This document shows, one piece after another, positions 25,252-39,315 of a stretch of DNA of 64,000 nucleotides. Position 1 is the first letter of the stretch, and each line of letters starts with the position of its first letter. The stretch lies in NCBI GenBank assembly GCA_900088475.1, contig FLMG01000277.1:1-64000 (forward strand). The letters are read 5' to 3'. A model generated the notes under the pieces. The model did not search any database. It was not told where the DNA came from and saw only the letters and a list, made by a program, of their open reading frames with translations. The translations under genes and the position numbers were made by a program. Source of the stretch: Hyphochytrium catenoides. Taxonomy: Eukaryota; Protista; Hyphochytriomycota.

Positions 25252-25642
25252 CGACCGTCGGGCTGGAAGGCAATCAATCGTGATGTTTATACTGCATTTA
25301 CTTCTCCCATACTGATGTACCGCTATTTATTCTCCATCGTCAACGCTTCACAGCTAACAAAAAAATCAAATTGAATGTAATTTCTCCTGCGCCAAACCGC
25401 GGTTTAGAGAGCTGGAGGCTTCTATTTATTATTGTTCCTGCAGTGACAAGTCCGGGAGTTAGCCATCAGCGTTGATAGGAGACCAAGCCTTGACCAGGGC
25501 TATCAATCAAACTTCTTGTCCATCTGCCCTGTGCCTGTTGGTCACCCTCTCTCTTGTACAAGTGCTACGGAGTGTTAGACCCATTCTCTGCTTCTCTCAG
25601 CTTCTCCCTTGTACTTCTGGGTCTCTTCCATCGTGTTAGGCC

Positions 25643-28600
25643 TTACCTTTGATACTTCCTAATGGCATCAAGAGTCTTGTTGCAAGCCTCGGTGATTCTT
25701 GTACCTGGCCCAAACAAGGCGCCTACTCCTGCCTCAAAGAGGAAGTCGTAGTCCTGAGGAGGGATGACTCCACCACAGACCACAAGAATGTGCTCTGCCC
25801 CCTGTTCCTTCAGAGCGTTAATCAACGCAGGGACGAGAGTCTTATGCCCTGCAGCTTGAGAGCTCACTCCCACGACGTGGACATCGGCATCGATTGCCTG
25901 CCTTGCAACCTGATATACAAAAGAAGTGAGACGAGGGACTGATGCCTTATGTGAAGAAGAGGAAGTCTAATCTGCCGCACAATGAAGGCTATACCCATCT
26001 AGAGCAGTTGAAAATGGCGTTTCTCTCTTTCGGCATGCTCACCTCCTCCGGTGTAGAGAATAGCGGCCCAACGTCCACGTCGAATCCTAAGTCCGCAAAT
26101 CCACTAGCGATGACCTTGGCGCCTCTGTCATGCCCATCTTGACCCATTTTTGCCACCAAAATACGAGGACGTCTACCCTCATCCTCAGCGAACTTCTGCA
26201 CGTTCTGCACTGCGAGCTCATAATCCTGTATCAAAAGAGAAGACGGAAGCACCAGGTGAGCTCGTGGCCTGAGAATCTCCGAAGTGAAGGAATGGTACTC
26301 AGAAAAGGGAAGACTATCAGTCGTTGTGTCACGCAAGAGCTACAGTCAAGCTCTCCCTCCCAATGACACGCACTAGAGGTCTAGCACTATGGCCTGGCTC
26401 TCTAAGGCACTGACCTGGTCACCGGATGTAGCGTACTCTTGCCTATAAGCTCCCTGCACTACCGCCGATCGAGGTACATGGCGCCCCCAGGCCTCCTCGA
26501 GAGCGTCAGAGATCTCACCAACTGTACAACGAGCACGTGCTGCCTCTACAGAGAGACGAAGTAGGTTCATTTCATGGTTCCCGTTAGAGGTGCTCTCCTT
26601 CAGCTTAGAGGATTGCCTCAGGCGTTCTAAGCACTTTTGAGCTCTTGCCTGGTCAAGCAGATCGGAAAGGTTAGGACTACTCATCGACTCAACGGCCACA
26701 TAGTTAGCAAGGGTTACACAAGAGGTCAAGGGAAAGGCAAAAGCGAGAGAGCGGTAGGAGAATGATACCTCGTCTCTGTCCTCTTTGGTCTTCTTTATTC
26801 TTGCAATTTGCTTTGCCCGCACTTCTTTGTTGTCAATGGCGAGCACCTCTACAGGGACTTCTTGATCCAGTCTGTACTTGTTCACTCCGACGATTGTCTC
26901 TGAGCCAGAGTCGATGCGGGCCTGCTTCCTGGTGGCGCTCTCCTCAATAAGGAGCTTAGCCCATCCTGACTCAATGGCTTTGGCCATACCGCCCATCTCT
27001 TGGACCTGCCAGATGGGGAATTATAAGCAGCATCCGGTCAGAGATTCCTCGAGGCTTGGTTAAGATCAATGCTTTAAGGTCCTGTGGCGCTTCCTAATCT
27101 CTCTCTCTCTCTCTTCCCCTCTCTCCCCCTTCTCTGGACTCATAACATCTATCTAGTTAGTCCTCCGCACACGTACTCCGGCTCTTCCCTTTCTCAAGCT
27201 TGAGTACATACCTCGTCGATAAGCTTCTCCGCGGCATTGGCTAGGTCGTCCGTTAGGGCTTCCATTAGGTAGCTTCCACCCCAAGGGTCAGCAACTTTCG
27301 TGATTCCGGTCTCCTCTTGAATTATCAGCTGTGTGTTGCGAGCTAGACGAGCGCTGAACTCCGTTGGGAGACCAAGAGCCTCGTCAAAGGAGTTCGTGTG
27401 CAAACTCTGTGTACCGCCATGAACTGCTGCCATCGCCTATCAAGCAAACGGTAGGTCAGTAAACAGACAATTCCTTAAACTGTGCAGTGTCCAGGACGCG
27501 GCAGGAGTGGAGGACGGGCTAAAAAGGAGTTCTGACAAGCGGACGCATGGATAAAGCACTCATTCCTACCTCAATAGTGGTTCTGATTATGTTATTATAA
27601 GGATCCTGCTCGGTTAGCGAATATCCCGAAGTCTGGCAATGGGTTCTTAGGAGACAGCTCTTAGGATTCTTAGGGGAAAAGTGCTTTGTCATCTGCTGAG
27701 CCCATAGACGGCGTGCAGCTCGGAGCTTGGCTACCTATTGAATAGAAATCAGTATGCGATGTCGCTGAAGGTCCATAACTCTTCGGATGGTGACACGTCA
27801 AAAGCAATAGAAGGACGACGGGAAGGACGCAAAGAGGCAAACAGCTAGGGAGCAAACTGTATAACAGATGGTAGGAACGCTTTGCCAGAAAAGGAGGCAG
27901 TGACGTCGAAGACCTTCTTCTCTATCATCTATTGCCTTTTCCTTACCTCCATGTAGAAGTTCATGCCGATAGCAAAGAAGAATGAGAGACGAGGTGCGAC
28001 GGCATCCACGTCCAAGCCCGCATTGATAGCGTTTCGCACGTACTCAATGCCATCAGCAATGGTGAATGCCAGCTCAAGCTTCGCATCAGCACCTAAAACG
28101 AGGAGAACAACGTGGACGTCTCAGCAATGATATAAGGCTGACTTAGAACACGATGTGCCACGCGAGCTGACATTAATAGCACCGAAGAACTTGAAGGCTT
28201 TCCAGGACAAGAGATAGCGCATGTGGAAGGTCTAGGGCACGAATGTGGGGAGAAAACCATTGAAGCACGAGGTTAAGACGACCTCGCACAAACAGACAAG
28301 GAGTATCCATGCCTAGAAGACCGAAGCAATGTAGGCCCAAGATACTCTAAATACTAATGATTTGCTTCATGTACCTGCTTCTTGCATGTGATAGCCAGAT
28401 ATAGAGATAGAGTTATATCTCGGCATGTGGACCGATGTATACCCGAAGATATCTTGGATAATACGGAGTGAGGCCATCGGAGGGTAAATATAGGTGTTCC
28501 GGACCATGAACTCCTTCAGGATGTCATTTTGAATAGTTCCTGAGTGAAGGTCGTCAGAAAGTAGAAACAAATGGCAGGGGCACAAAGACTTAAGATACAA

Positions 28601-29720
28601 GATCGGTCTTTGGAACTTGGCGGAGACGGATCCATACTAACGGCCTAATGATGAGGACCTGCTTACCGGTCAGAGCTTTCTGTGCCACTCCCTGTTCTTC
28701 AGCAGCGACAATATACATAGCAAGAATGGGCAACACTGCGCCATTCATTGTCATCGATACAGACATTTTGTCTAGAGGGATGCCATCAAAAAGGATCTGC
28801 AGCAAATGTCAGATCTATGTAGGCGTAACGGGCGGTAGAGGACTTGCAAGGGTAAAGGCGAAAGACAAGGCTCAATGCAAACGGGCAGGGTTTGCACGGC
28901 TCTACGTGAAGACATACGGCGTGGTGATAGTCACAATCCATTTGGCAAAATTGCTCGACTTGCCGCCAATTACCTTCATATCCTCCACAGAGTCAATTGG
29001 CACTCCGGCCATGCCAACGTCACCTTGCACTCGAGGGTGATCTGAGTCATAGCCGCGATGTGTCGCGAGATCAAAGGCGACACTGAGACCCTGAAAGCAA
29101 GACAATAAACCCAAGTGGCCACTAGGAGGCAACGACTCCGGCAAAGTCGGCGAAAAGTCCATACCTGCTGTCCCATTGCCAGATTCTTCCTATAGAAAGC
29201 GTTGGATTCTTCTGCGGTACTGAATCCAGCGTACTACGGGAACAGACGCTCTGGTGAGGTCTAAGAATGACATACGAGCCCCGAGAACTAGTCATACCTG
29301 CCGGATGGTCCAAGGCTTTGCAGTATACATGGTGGCATAGGGCCCCCGTGTGTGGGGATACTGTGCTGGATGTTCTGGCAGCTCCAAGTCCTGACGAAGG
29401 ACATTTAAGAAATGAAGCTACCTCTACGCCCTAAGTTGGTCCTTACCTCTGTGTCCTTGGGTGTGTATAGGGGTTTGATTGGAATGCCCTCTGGTGTGTG
29501 CCACACCAAGGTGGTCGTGGGATCTTTGCCTTTCAATTCCTGTTGCAGCGTTGAGGAATCGAAATTTTGAGTTCGGTCAAGGGGCAACAGTCGTTCTCAG
29601 ATATGATCTGACCTTGGAGGCAGCCTTGACCCAGCTCTCAGGGTAGTATGACTGGCTGGTCATGGTCCGAGCAAGCCCAACCAGCAGGGCGGGACTGTGC
29701 CTTGAAGCCAACATGGCCAT
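25643..29720 (-). CDS. MUT: Mitochondrial adenosylcobalamin-dependent methylmalonyl-CoA mutase, multi-exon
   Basis: [12 protein letters not shown]; RGPYATMY; WTIRQYAGFST; [17 protein letters not shown]; [10 protein letters not shown]; [13 protein letters not shown]; [15 protein letters not shown]; [19 protein letters not shown] (DxHxxG B12 motif); GGVIPPQDY. Transit-peptide-like N-terminus. The last exon may splice further at 25645. Confidence 0.98.
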
Positions 29721-30823
29721 TCGGGGCGATACCCGAGAATGCAGGATGTGCGCAAGCATGCTGGCTCTATATTCTTGCTATTTGTGGGGCCACCTCGACC
29801 CTTTGCCCCTAAGAACCTTCTGACGGGAATAGATTGCAATGAATGCTCTAATGACTCTAGTTGGCCGGCTCCGAGAAGAGTCACTGGCGGAATGACGTTG
29901 AGGTCCTCCGGATGGAAGGTTGAGACACCAATCAGTGGCGATGTAACCCTCGTCGCCTTGAAGTATTTTCTCTTAACTTGACGTTCTACCTCGTAGCTCA
30001 GAGCCTCTTTCGATGACCCAAGACACGTAGCCCGTAGGCCTAGCTTCACGTTCTATCGCCGTACGATTCTGATGACTGAGCGCTCAGGGGCGAGCTCCAT
30101 ACGAGGATCCAGGCACCAGCGTCACAGATCATAGTAGGGCGGGGGACACGTGACAAGGCTGGAAGTGCAAAGCTGTAGCTTCGTTGCTTCTGATTGCCAC
30201 GCCCATAGCCAGCTCAAGTTAGCCGGTAACGAATGTGTTGATGAGTAACTGGACTCAAACTAAATCTAAGGTTTAGTTGTTGATACTACATATTGATCCC
30301 CACGGTTCTGATCTGTCGCTCTTCAGACCTCCCCCGGGAGTTGAGGAGGTGATGGCTTTCTTTTCGGTAACGGACCAGCTGCTGAGAGAACGAAGGGTTA
30401 TCGATGACTTATGAGCTTGTACAGCTTGGCTTTTGCCCTCAAGAGGCTGGCGGACCAGGGAGACGGCAGAGCGAGAGGAGGAGGAAAGATAGAGACGGAG
30501 GAGGAAGGAAGAGGAGAAAGTCGAAGAGGAGGATGGAACCGGGAAGGACGGTGTGACTGCAGGAGGAAGGAGGATGAGGGAGTGAGGTTTGTACTAGAGC
30601 AACAATGAGAGGATAGAACTATCCTCCAGTCTTCGTCGTCATCCATGTTCTAGCAGTATGTATGGTCCCAGGAGAGTCTAAGGAAAGCTTTGGATTGATT
30701 GCCCTCTGCATTTTGAAGGGCTCTACCCGCCACGATCCCTATCATGAAGAGGACACCTACCTACCGAGGCCAAGCCCCAAAGATGGAGATATATAAGTCA
30801 AGTTAGAGAGCAGCAAGTGTGCC

Positions 30824-33800
30824 ATGGGGGAAGATGAAGAAGACGAAGACGGCAATTCTTCTCGGGAAGCTGTCAAGATTGCAATCAGAGTTCGTCCCTC
30901 GTCAACAAACCAGACGGAAGCGGAGAAGGTAGACCATAAAGTTCCGACGAAGAAAGGGTCAGAATAGTGGCCGCACATAACAGTTGCTCTGCAGGTTCTC
31001 CGATGCTTAGGACGAGATCGAGTCTCCCTCAGCACTCAAAGCCAGCAGGTAGGAACCCATAAACTCTTCTGTGTCAATTTTGAAGTAGAGAAATGAACGG
31101 TTAACAGGTGGAGTGCCGCTATGATCAAGTCTTTGACGAGAAGTCTTCTCAAGCTGACGTCTATAGCTTTGTGAAGCCTGCGCTTTCTGACCTCGTTCAT
31201 GGGGTTAACACTACAGTCTTTGCCTACGGCCAGACCGGCACAGGTATATCTGTCTCTAAGAAGGACAGAACAGTTACTTTGACTAGAATAGCTGACGAAG
31301 CTGCACAGGGAAGACGCATACAATGCTAGGAGGCTTCAGTCAGGGTGTAGCGACGAGTGCTAAGAATTTGGAGGAGCGCAGCAGCAGGTTCGCTTCTCTG
31401 TTTAGCCTCGCTCTTTCGCTTTTCTTCTGGACATCCTCGCTCTCCCATGCCTCCCTTTTTCTGTTTTATAATCCCCACTCTTACTAATTGTTTCTCAATA
31501 GCATTCCCACTCTTCCTCCTTCAGTCCCCAACTGCCCTTAAACACTCAGCTCTAGCCAAAGTTTACCTCGGCTCTCCTGTGAAGGATGTGTCTTTCTCCC
31601 GCTGTCCTTACCTTTCTCTGAACTGCGGTCGGAGATGGCTTTCAGCGCAGAATGAGGTGTTCTCACTCTTTAGTCCTCTCACTGATGTTGTCTGGGTCCG
31701 TCTCGCTGATTCATGTAGTTGGGGGGTCATCCCTCGAGCTGTGGAAGACCTCTTCCGTGCCCTTGAGTGCCTTCACGATCACAAAGGAGATGGCATCGCA
31801 GGCTCAACCCCTTTGCTTTGCCCTAATCAGAGCCACAATGCATCCGTTTACTGCTCTTACATGCAAATCTATAACGACAAACTGTACGATCTTCTGTCTG
31901 AGCAAGGCCGTGACATTGCGCTCACCATAAGAGAGGCACCAATGAACGGCCTCTCGGTCAAGGGACTGACTGAGATTAGAGCCAGTAGTGTAGAGGACGT
32001 CCTGCACCTACTCGCTAGAGGTAAGAGTGTTGGACACACGCAGCGTTGAATCTTAACAAAGCTTCTGACAGCTCCTTAGGCTCCGAGAGAAGGGCAGTCA
32101 GGGGAACGGACTACAATGCTCATTCTAGCAGAAGTCATGCCATTCTGCAGGTCGTCTTCACTTACATCTCCGCAGACATTCTCATTACTCTCGCTATATT
32201 TCTTTCTCTACGTGTCATGACTGTCTTTTCACGAATGCCCTTTAAACCCTTTCCTATCCGAAGCTTGCGAATGGCTTAGAATGCTTTCACTTCCACATGG
32301 CTCACGCTTTCAGCCTATCTGTTTTCTGTTCGCTTGCCATTGCCGAGAGCGTCAGCACCTAGTCTCACTGCCTGCGATAGATTTTGGTTTTAGTTGAGAC
32401 TAAGACGTCCGATGGTCGGACTGCGATACGGAAGGCCAAGCTTAATCTTGTGGACCTCGCGGGATCGGAGCGATGGTCAGAACAGAAGGAGATGACTACA
32501 GGTGCATTTATAGTAGATAGGCCTATCTCGTCAGTTATCTTTCCCTAACAATGGCTCCTGCGCCCTTCTGGCATCAATACTCTCAATATGACACGTGTGA
32601 ATCGCCGAGCAGAAGATCGGATTGAGCATACAAAGGAGATGACAAATATCAACTCTTCCTTATCCGCCCTTGGGAATTGTATTGCCGCCTTAACTGACCC
32701 AAAACGGAAGCACATTCCTTACCGAGACTCTACTCTCACAAGGCTGCTCCAGGTAATGGCATATTCTTATAGAGATGGAGCAAGGCAGATGGTATAGCCT
32801 TAGAAAGAGATAAGCTTGACCGTCTTGAGAGTGGAGATAAAGAGATTTAGTGGTCAGGCTCATCTGACGCTCTTACCTTTGCCCCGTTGAAGGATTCTTT
32901 AGGAGGCACCACCCGCACTGTCATTCTTTGCACAGTCTCTCCCTTAGCAAAATCAGCAGAGGAGACCCTAAGGACCCTGCGCTTTGCGGACCGCGCCAAA
33001 TGCGTAATGGAATGCGTCCGGGTAAACGAGGTCGTGAGCGATGCCGTACTTCTGGCAAGAGCAAGGAAGGAGATCAAGAGGCTTAGGGAACAGCTGGGGA
33101 ATGATAAAGGGGGGAAAGGCCGCCCATCTCTGTCTCCCGAGATGGACGAGCTAAGAGTACGTACATTTCGTACAACGCCTTTCATATCTCGAAGACTGAC
33201 ATCGCGCTATCTGCCTCACTTCTTCACATTCCCCTGACCTCTCCACGTGACATCTCACTGCATATGGCCGGTCCGTGGTTCGTCACGTGATCCTCGGCAT
33301 CTTCCACGCTGCCAGGAGTCGTACGAGGCAATAATCTCCTCGCTTCAGGAGAAGAACAGAAGTCTTAGCGACCAATTGGCGACCCTCCGTACCGAGCATG
33401 GACGGCTAAGAGAGAGAGAAGGCTTGCAAGAACGTTCGGAGGCCTCATCCCGTGCTCCGCATGCCCTAGCTCTTCTGCCATCCAAGGTTGGCCAAGCAAT
33501 GGCAAGTGAACCGACGGATGATCCTTCCCTTTGCAGTGATCAACCTGTAGTGGAACCTCTAGGAGGGCCAGACTCCGTCATCTTCAAGCAGCCAAATTCA
33601 GCTAGCAATCAGCATGATGCAAAGGAAACTATTGAAATAAGGACAAAGGACAGAAGAGAAGTCTGCGTCTCCCGCGAGAGCCTTCATTCCTCTCTATCTG
33701 AGCTTAGCCGCGACTCGCTGGGTTCCTTAAGTAATCCTGAGATAGCGGAACCAACAACCAACCCCGTTGCGTTAGCAGAAGAGCCAAGGTCCGTCGCACT

Positions 33801-35272
33801 ACACTGACTTCTTTATTCCATTTGGCACCTCCTTCCTCAAATCTCAGTCTCAGCCTCCTTTTTCTTAGACTTGCCCTCCTTCTGCTCCTGGACTCTGGTA
33901 CCTCTTCGCTTTGTATTCCCGCTATTCTCTCGCCCATTTCTCCCTTACCTCCGAAGTGTCCTAAAAGTTAGTATACCTCATTCTGCCCTTTCTCCTGACG
34001 GATGGTTCCTTTGACCGCCGGTTTCTCTCTTAATCCTTGGCTAGCCGCCTTGGCACGATGGCCCTCGCCGACATGGCTATAGGTGTCGAGCGTCATAAAG
34101 AATGCAAGAGGTCATACCAAGAAGGATCAGAAACGGTGTCATTTCCGTCTGGAAGAGCTATCTTGGCCGGTTCGCTCCTCCGCACCTCAGTACCGGAAGA
34201 TACCCGCTGTGCACAGCACCGTCTACAACGGTGCGTTCTCTGCAATAGGAACACTAAGGGTTCAGGTACGTAAGGGGTCTTTACATGGACAGTATCAGCG
34301 AGCCAACGCTGCCCTATTCTCCTTCCTCTGCCTTACATTTGCTGTGACAGGCTATCAAGCTGTGACCGAAGTGGGAGAAGGCTCCGGCCACACGCCGCGA
34401 TCAGGTTCGTTAGAAAATCCCTTCCTTCCAGGATGCTCTTCTCTGTCCATCACTATCTCGCAGCTGCCTTGTATCAATCGCCATGGTCAATGTCTGGACC
34501 TCTTACAGAGACCTTCTAGCAGTGCTCTCCACAGCAGGAAAGAATTCTATGGGCCCTGTAAGTACTGGTACAGGAGTACGTCAGATGTGCGACAGGCATA
34601 TGCTCGTCGGCTGTGTCCTTTGCGGTCGTGATAAAAAGAGAATAGAGGTGCCACCTTCGGAAGGTGGACAGGAAGATAGATGGCAGAACGGTACTTCAAA
34701 CCATTTATCTCCTACCTCTCGGTCCACTTACAGTCAGAGCTCTATGGCGACCCTCATGCTCAGCTCGGCACCCACTGAACCTCAGCCCAACAGATTTGGA
34801 GACAAATTCTCGAAAGTCTTAGCCCCTGAACTGGTGGGAAGCTCCTCGAGCGAGGTAAGAGACTGGGTGAAATGGCACTTTAACACTCAGAAACATTGTC
34901 CGGGCGCACCTTGATGTTTTCCTTGGTCTCCTTCTGCTTTATAAACTTATCTTGGGCTATTAACTACGGTTTGAAAGCTCCTGGTTGGATGTACGTCACC
35001 AATCTGATCTGGCATTTCTCTAGGCTTCGGACTTCTGCTATAAGCACTTCCTACACAATTGCATTCTCTGCCGCGGTGCAGATCTACTGCGAGAGAGATC
35101 AATAGCGCCATTCTACCTTTCTCCTAAAAAGGAGAGCAACATCATGACCGTACGTCTCGCGCACTCTCCCTCTGAGACCCTTGGCGTAAGCCTTCAACCG
35201 CAGCATTACAAAGCAGCTTCTGTCGGTCAGGGAGCTACGGGAAGAACCTCAAAGGTGGTCTACCTGGAGTAG
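30824..35272 (+). CDS. Kinesin: N-terminal motor domain, coiled coil, then a disordered tail with three CxxHxxxxCxxC repeats; multi-exon
   Basis: VKIAIRVRP; YDQVFD; [14 protein letters not shown] (P-loop); [13 protein letters not shown]; [11 protein letters not shown] (switch I); [11 protein letters not shown] (switch II); [19 protein letters not shown]; [14 protein letters not shown]. Stop TAG at 35270-35272 inferred from splicing. Confidence 0.93.
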
Positions 35273-35396
35273 CTTTACCTTGACTAGAGGGTGATGCAGA
35301 GCTGTGGGTGCATAGAGTACAATACGACTCACAGACCACTATTCTTTAATTATTTATTAGTGGATGCTGCTAACATAAGGAGCCTCTAGGCCAAGC

Positions 35397-37607
35397 TTAG
35401 CCCGTAAAATGGCTCTTCAGACCTTCCCAGCACTTTGGATACTCTATGTCCCGATGCTCAGCTGCTATTGCCTTAGGAGAAACCTTTAGCAGCGCGCCGG
35501 TTTCGAACATCATGCCCAATCCGCCTTGGTACTTGTGTGGCTGGAACGGACAGCCAGCCAAAAGAGACAAAGAAAGTTAGCAACCAAATCAATTTTCCCG
35601 AGGCAGAGGCAGCACGGGAAACCAACCTTGAGTTCCTCTGTGGAAGCCTTCTCAAATGTGGGTGCGTCTGGGCCATGAGGTGTTCCGCAGCTGGAGAAAA
35701 CATTTTCAATCCTTGTAGATGAGAGACTTACCGAAGGAGGTGTCTTACCTGTGTAGCGATGCACTGCCCGGCAGAAAGCCTACTCTCGCATCATAAGTTC
35801 CGTCAATCTAAGAGAAAGGGGAGAAGGTAAGAGACCGTACAAAGACTGTTGTCTACCAAGGATAGCTGAGACCGAAAGAGACCACCGTAACTGCGCCGCA
35901 GAAGGGACAAATGAATTCGATGGCCACCACTTGTCCGACTACCGCACCGGGCTGTTAAAATATTACCGGGCTGTTAAAGTATTACCTGGCCCATAAACTC
36001 AGACATCATGTTGCGATGGTAGTAGGGCGGTCGGAAGGTGTCCTCCTGGACCATCCACCGCGGCGGGAAGATCACAAAGTCAGCCACTGCGGTGCCAGGC
36101 TCGTCACTTGGGCAGGTTAGCACCGTGAAGATAGATGGATCCTGCCAAAAGAAGTGCTTAGAGGATATTTCATCATCCTTGGTCTCACTCCACAGAAGTA
36201 TTGGTGAGTCTTCAGAAACGCCCAAACACTTCCCTTCCCTTACCAGATGGTCGTACATAACTGAGTTGATGGTGCAAAACTTGTCCAGGTTGTACTTGAA
36301 GGGCACATAGTTGCCGTGCCATGCGACCACATTGAAGGTGGAAAACTTTTGCTTGCAGGCGAACATCTTACCGATGAACTGTTCACGACAGAAGAAGCCG
36401 CACTTAGTCTAAACTCCAGAGTCTAAAGAAAGGATAGAAACCATGATGCTTGGGAGGAGAAGATTCTCTTCCTTCGGTCCACTGTACCTTGTTTACAACT
36501 GTGAACTCTGCAGCCCTATCTTCATACCAAGCTGTAGGGAGTTCGAAGTCCCTGGCATTTGCCAGGCCGCTTGCACCTAAGAAGACGAGTCAGCCACGGT
36601 ATCTACGAGCGTGAACCTTCTATCTCACCAATTGGTCCCAAATCCGGAAGCTGAAAGTGCCCCTTGAAGACCTCCAGAACGTAGCCGCGGGATGCCTCCT
36701 CGACCTCCACTGAAAATCTAATGTTCCGCTATCATGTTACGTGTACATGAGCCCCTCGGATGCTTCAATAAGATGCTCCGCATTTATGAAGCTTACCTGA
36801 ACCACGCAGATCTCACGCGGTTTGACGTAGAGTTTTCCAAGTTCCGTCGTAATCTTCAAAGCTCCCTTCTGTGGTACTGAGATTTAAGGATACCGTGAGT
36901 CTTGACCAACTACTCTGTTTGTCTGCTCTTGGCTAGCCTACCGATGAGAAAGTCTCCATCGGAGTTATTGAAAGCTTTGTTTTGCATGCTCTGGTTGCAA
37001 GAATACATGTACACGGCCACTCCATCCTTCATGCCTGGATCGCCAGCACCAGCTAAAAGGTGAAGAGAGTGTGCAAATTAGCTGATGAGAACTGGCTTAT
37101 TAGTAAAGCCACTTACCCATTGTTTGCAGGCCTTGCACGAAGTCGACTTTGGCGGCCTCTGATGGCAGAGGCATTGGACCCCAGCGGAACTGGTTGGGGT
37201 CTACAACCAACTGGTCCATCGTCAGAACCTGAGTGCCATTCAGAGGCTGGAACGGCTCGGCGACAACCGACGGTCGTATGCGATAGACATAACTGTAACA
37301 TTGGGTAAGTGACCATAAGTGGATGTCGACTTAGGGCATCAGGGATGCGGTTGTCGCTCACCTGAACTGATTCTTATGGCGCGGGACTGTGAAGGCTGTC
37401 CCAGAAATTTGCTCCGCATACAGTCCGTAGGGGCACTAGACGAATAACACGAGGACCTTAGCTGACGTGAGGAGAGGCGCAAAAGGCTGTGATAGGTACT
37501 ACCTTCTGCGGGTTATTGTGGGCAGGAAGAGCACCCTTTAGAGCTTCAGAGTGATGATGATTGCCGAGGCCATGAAGGTATTGAAGGTCCTTCCATGAAT
37601 CCCCCAT
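35397..37607 (-). CDS. HGD: Homogentisate 1,2-dioxygenase, multi-exon
   Basis: [47 protein letters not shown]; [10 protein letters not shown]; [10 protein letters not shown]; [17 protein letters not shown]; DPSIFTVLT; DFVIFPPRW; [17 protein letters not shown]; TPHGPD; MFETG. Confidence 0.98.
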
Positions 37608-39315
37608 GGCTCTTGGTCTCTCTACCTTCCTTCTTAAATGGGGATGACGGATCGAAACTAGGTGTCTGGAGATTGAAAGTGCGATAACTACCTATGAACA
37701 GATTCTAGGTAGTCTCTGGACTTCACGCAGCGTTAGAAGAGAAGGGCAAGAGTAAATATGAGAATGAGAGAGATCGGCCGCAGACCGCTCTAAAAAGGAT
37801 AAGGGAAGCCGAAAGTTCTGCTTCAACCTGCCTTGACAAACCTATGAGGCCGGCTGCCGAAGGACAAGGGAAGGATGGAAAGGAGAAGGAAAGCGGGCGG
37901 TGCGGCTGCTGCTGCTGAAAGGAGGACAGCGCTGATGATGTGATGATGATGGCAACCAAGCCGCAGGCAGCTATAGAACTCGAGACAGGAGCCAGCAGGA
38001 TGATGAAGTGGACAAAGAGGAGGCAAGTTGAAGCACCTCATCAACCGATCCGCATCACATCATCGCCACAACTAGACGCTGTTCGGAATGAAATAACCTC
38101 CTATTGCGAATATGGCCAAGTCATGCAGCTTGTGTGAAGACAGTTTTGGTTCTCTCATCAGAAATATCGCCTCCCACATCCAGCAAGCGATCAATGGAAA
38201 GCTCTGGCTGAATGATGAGTAGTGATGATAGATGCTTGGCAATTCACTCTGACATCGCCTGATCAGAAGGCGAGGTCCCTTCTCAATGCTTCTTGCCTGG
38301 CTGCATTCATGTCAGAATCTAAGAGGTATTTACAAGGGCCTGAAACCTAAGACGGCAACAAGCGCAATAGGCGAGGGTAATCGGAGCCAAGAGCGGGCTA
38401 CAAAAAAGTCCCTCTAGCCATTGGATGCTGTATAGTTTTATGGCATCGCTCCTAGAAGAGAAGCTGTTATTGCCTCTCAGAAGAGAAGCTGCGGATAGGT
38501 CTACTCAGTATATCTTAGGTGCAATTACATTTCTCATGATTTTCCGGGACTTAATGTGTGATGCGGACAATGCATTCTCCCTCTGTTTCGACCACATCGA
38601 GCTTCCTTGTCACGCACAGGAGAATATACTTCGCACACATGAAAAACGAGTGTATACATCTGGTCTCGAGCAGTGGCTCACAATTGATCGTTCTTCAACA
38701 TGCGCAGGGTTTCTCAACAATGCGTCACTAGAGTCTTACTCCTCGTCAATTATAACCCGCCAGATGACAGAGGGAAGAAGAGACGGTGTTTGATGATAGA
38801 GAAGCACAGCGAAGGACACAGCCAGACAGATGGAGACACACATCCTCACTGATTCACACCGGTCAGGAGAGCGGAGGATCCAGAGAGGGAATAATGCGAG
38901 CAGTGCCGTTGGTCGGAGCGGATGATGTATGAGCGCTGTTGCCACGAAGGAGTACAATCTGGCCCGGGGCCAACACTCTGGGTATGTTGCAGTAATAATA
39001 TGGACCTCGAACATCAGAATCGCGCCAAGCCCCCCGCTTATGTGCGGCGGCCGCTCAAAGATCCATCGTCAGCAATAGTAATAACCCCTTGTCTAAGTAA
39101 TATGTTGGCTTAGCGCCAATATGACGGTGAAGGCCTTAATAATAGTCGCGCGGTTGGGCAAAGGATGCTTGACATCTCGTAGATCTTTGAGCTTCGGTCA
39201 AGTTCTTGACGCGATCAGAGACTTGCAGGCCGAAGCTCTGCAGATGCATTTCTGAATCTTCCACGATCTCAAGACCTAGCGTCAGCCGAAGTACTTCTGC
39301 TCTTTTAGATCAAAG

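Noticed and set aside
38208-38276. Possible C/D box snoRNA (ATGATGA...CTGA) with 9-nt complementarity to 5.8S GUGAAUUGC
   Set aside because: The internal boxes are in the wrong order, the K-turn geometry is poor, and TGA repeats are common here.
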